In this document: piece after piece, positions 43,926 to 44,932 of the stretch
How the letters are laid out: the number at the start of each line of letters is the position of its first letter
Position numbering within the stretch: the stretch's first letter is position 1
Source of the DNA: Citrobacter phage phiNP
Sequence record: OR565852
DNA length: 44,932 nucleotides
Direction: 5' to 3' (one strand)
Notes under the pieces: model-generated
Told to the model about the DNA's origin: nothing
Seen by the model: only the letters and a program-made list of their open reading frames with translations
Database searches by the model: none
Made by a program: the position numbers and the translations under genes

Positions 43926-44807
43926 ATGCGTTTTAACACCCCACTTCGTTATCCTGGCGGCAAAGGCAAGCTTTCTAATTTCATGCTTCGGATTATTGAA
44001 GATAATAAGCTTTCGCCTATACATTATGCAGAGCCATATGCTGGGGGTGCTGGTTTAGCGCTGAAGCTGTTACACTTAAATGTAGCTGAAAAAATCATTC
44101 TTAATGATATTAATATCTCAGTTTATGCTTTTTGGCACAGTGTATTAAATAATGCAGATCATTTATGTGCTTTAATTGAGGATACTGAAGTCACAATGGA
44201 TGAGTGGTTCAAACAGAAAGAAATAATTAATCATCCAAGAGACCATGATATGCTAACAATTGGTTTTTCTACCTTTTTTCTTAATAGAACAAATCGTTCT
44301 GGAATATTAAAAGGCGGTGTAATTGGTGGTAAAAATCAAGAAGGGCAATGGAAACTTGATGCTCGTTATAACAAGAGCGATTTAATTTCTCGGATTCAGA
44401 AAATATCAAAAAACCGTGAAAGAATAGATTTGTATAACATGGATGCAATTGATTTCATAAAAAAAATAGTTGTTCAATTGCCTAAAAAATCATTAACATA
44501 TTTAGATCCGCCATATTATATAAAAGGTAAGGGATTATATATCAATCATTATGAACATAGTGACCATGTTAATGTTGCAAAAGTAGTGCAGCATGATATT
44601 AAAACACCGTGGATTGTTTCTTACGATAACACTCCTGAGATCCAAGGTATGTATAAGGCATCATCATTAGTGTATGGAATAAACTACAGTGCTCAAGATC
44701 GATATAAGGGCTCAGAAGTGATGTTCTTCAGTAAACGATTGAAAGTCTTTAAAACCGATGATCCAACTAAGGTAAAAGCACCTACCAATAAAAATGCTAT
44801 GAGCTAG
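43926..44807 (+). CDS. D12-class (alpha) N6-adenine DNA methyltransferase, Dam-like
   Basis: PLRYPGGK, EPYAGGAG (FxGxG) and LDPPYY motifs in alpha-class order. Confidence 0.9.
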   Translation: MRFNTPLRYPGGKGKLSNFMLRIIEDNKLSPIHYAEPYAGGAGLALKLLHLNVAEKIILNDINISVYAFWHSVLNNADHLCALIEDTEVTMDEWFKQKEIINHPRDHDMLTIGFSTFFLNRTNRSGILKGGVIGGKNQEGQWKLDARYNKSDLISRIQKISKNRERIDLYNMDAIDFIKKIVVQLPKKSLTYLDPPYYIKGKGLYINHYEHSDHVNVAKVVQHDIKTPWIVSYDNTPEIQGMYKASSLVYGINYSAQDRYKGSEVMFFSKRLKVFKTDDPTKVKAPTNKNAMS

Positions 44808-44907
44808 ACGACTACCCACGGACAGAAAAAGCGCCGTAAAAGAGCCGCAGCAAAGTCACTTTTTAATAAATCATTTTTAATCAAAAAGATAATAAGTTTC
44901 GGACGCT

Positions 44908-44932
44908 GGTTCAACTCCCGCCAGCTCCACCA
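44908..44932 (+). repeat. attR core: second copy of the 25-nt ssrA 3' end
   Basis: Exact repeat of 1-25. The ssrA-like sequence extends leftward to 44897 (TTTCGGACGCT) with one mismatch to the E. coli sequence at 44907. Confidence 0.9.

Larger units (their letters stand above)
1..44932. mobile_element. Complete temperate prophage (lambdoid regulation, lambda-like head, Mu-like contractile tail) integrated in the 3' end of ssrA
   Basis: Bounded by an exact 25-nt direct repeat (1-25 = 44908-44932) equal to the tmRNA 3' end. A tyrosine integrase and excisionase lie near the right repeat, with full immunity, replication, lysis, packaging, head and tail modules in between. Confidence 0.9.

Overview
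The window is one complete, apparently functional temperate phage genome of about 44.9 kb, integrated in the 3' end of the tmRNA gene ssrA. Bases 1-25 and 44908-44932 are an exact 25-nt direct repeat (attL/attR cores) that matches the tmRNA T-arm/acceptor/CCA end. **Layout:** the attL side carries + strand cargo: SOS-regulated dinI, hicAB and an AT-rich hexapeptide acetyltransferase. A long minus-strand late operon follows (1851-27298). It holds a Mu-like contractile tail and baseplate, lambda-like W-B-C-Nu3-D-E head genes, lambda-type terminase, a DUF115/glycosyltransferase-like trio, spanins, endolysin, holin and a DNA methyltransferase. Next come Q and the minus-strand early-right operon: cro, a cII-like gene, a Rha/KilAC antirepressor, a single replication gene, a Dam-type methyltransferase, a large C5 methyltransferase and a DUF968/Ref-like HNH protein. 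Then cI (+) is followed by a PL-like promoter and the + strand early-left operon. That operon has YfdQ/YfdR-like genes, another methyltransferase, a frameshifted exonuclease, xis and int. Between int and attR sits an AT-rich two-gene cargo: an OLD-like ABC-ATPase/Toprim protein and a D12-class Dam methylase. **Most notable observations:** (1) About 0.9 kb between cI and the first early-left gene has no ORF. It is bracketed by an operator-controlled promoter and a perfect intrinsic terminator, which suggests a roughly 0.7 kb structured ncRNA at the position where lambda has nutL-N. (2) The int-attR cargo pair is a candidate defence module. (3) The phage encodes five DNA methyltransferases, and the C5 enzyme has six tandem target-recognition-like repeats. 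(4) A paralogous DUF115 pair plus a DxD transferase sits inside the late operon. (5) Several repeat arrays look like cosB, ori iterons and CI operators. **Limits:** all functional calls rest on motif recognition by eye and on gene order. No database search, RNA folding or statistics could be run. The host is probably an enterobacterium, inferred from the ssrA end and gene families but not proven.
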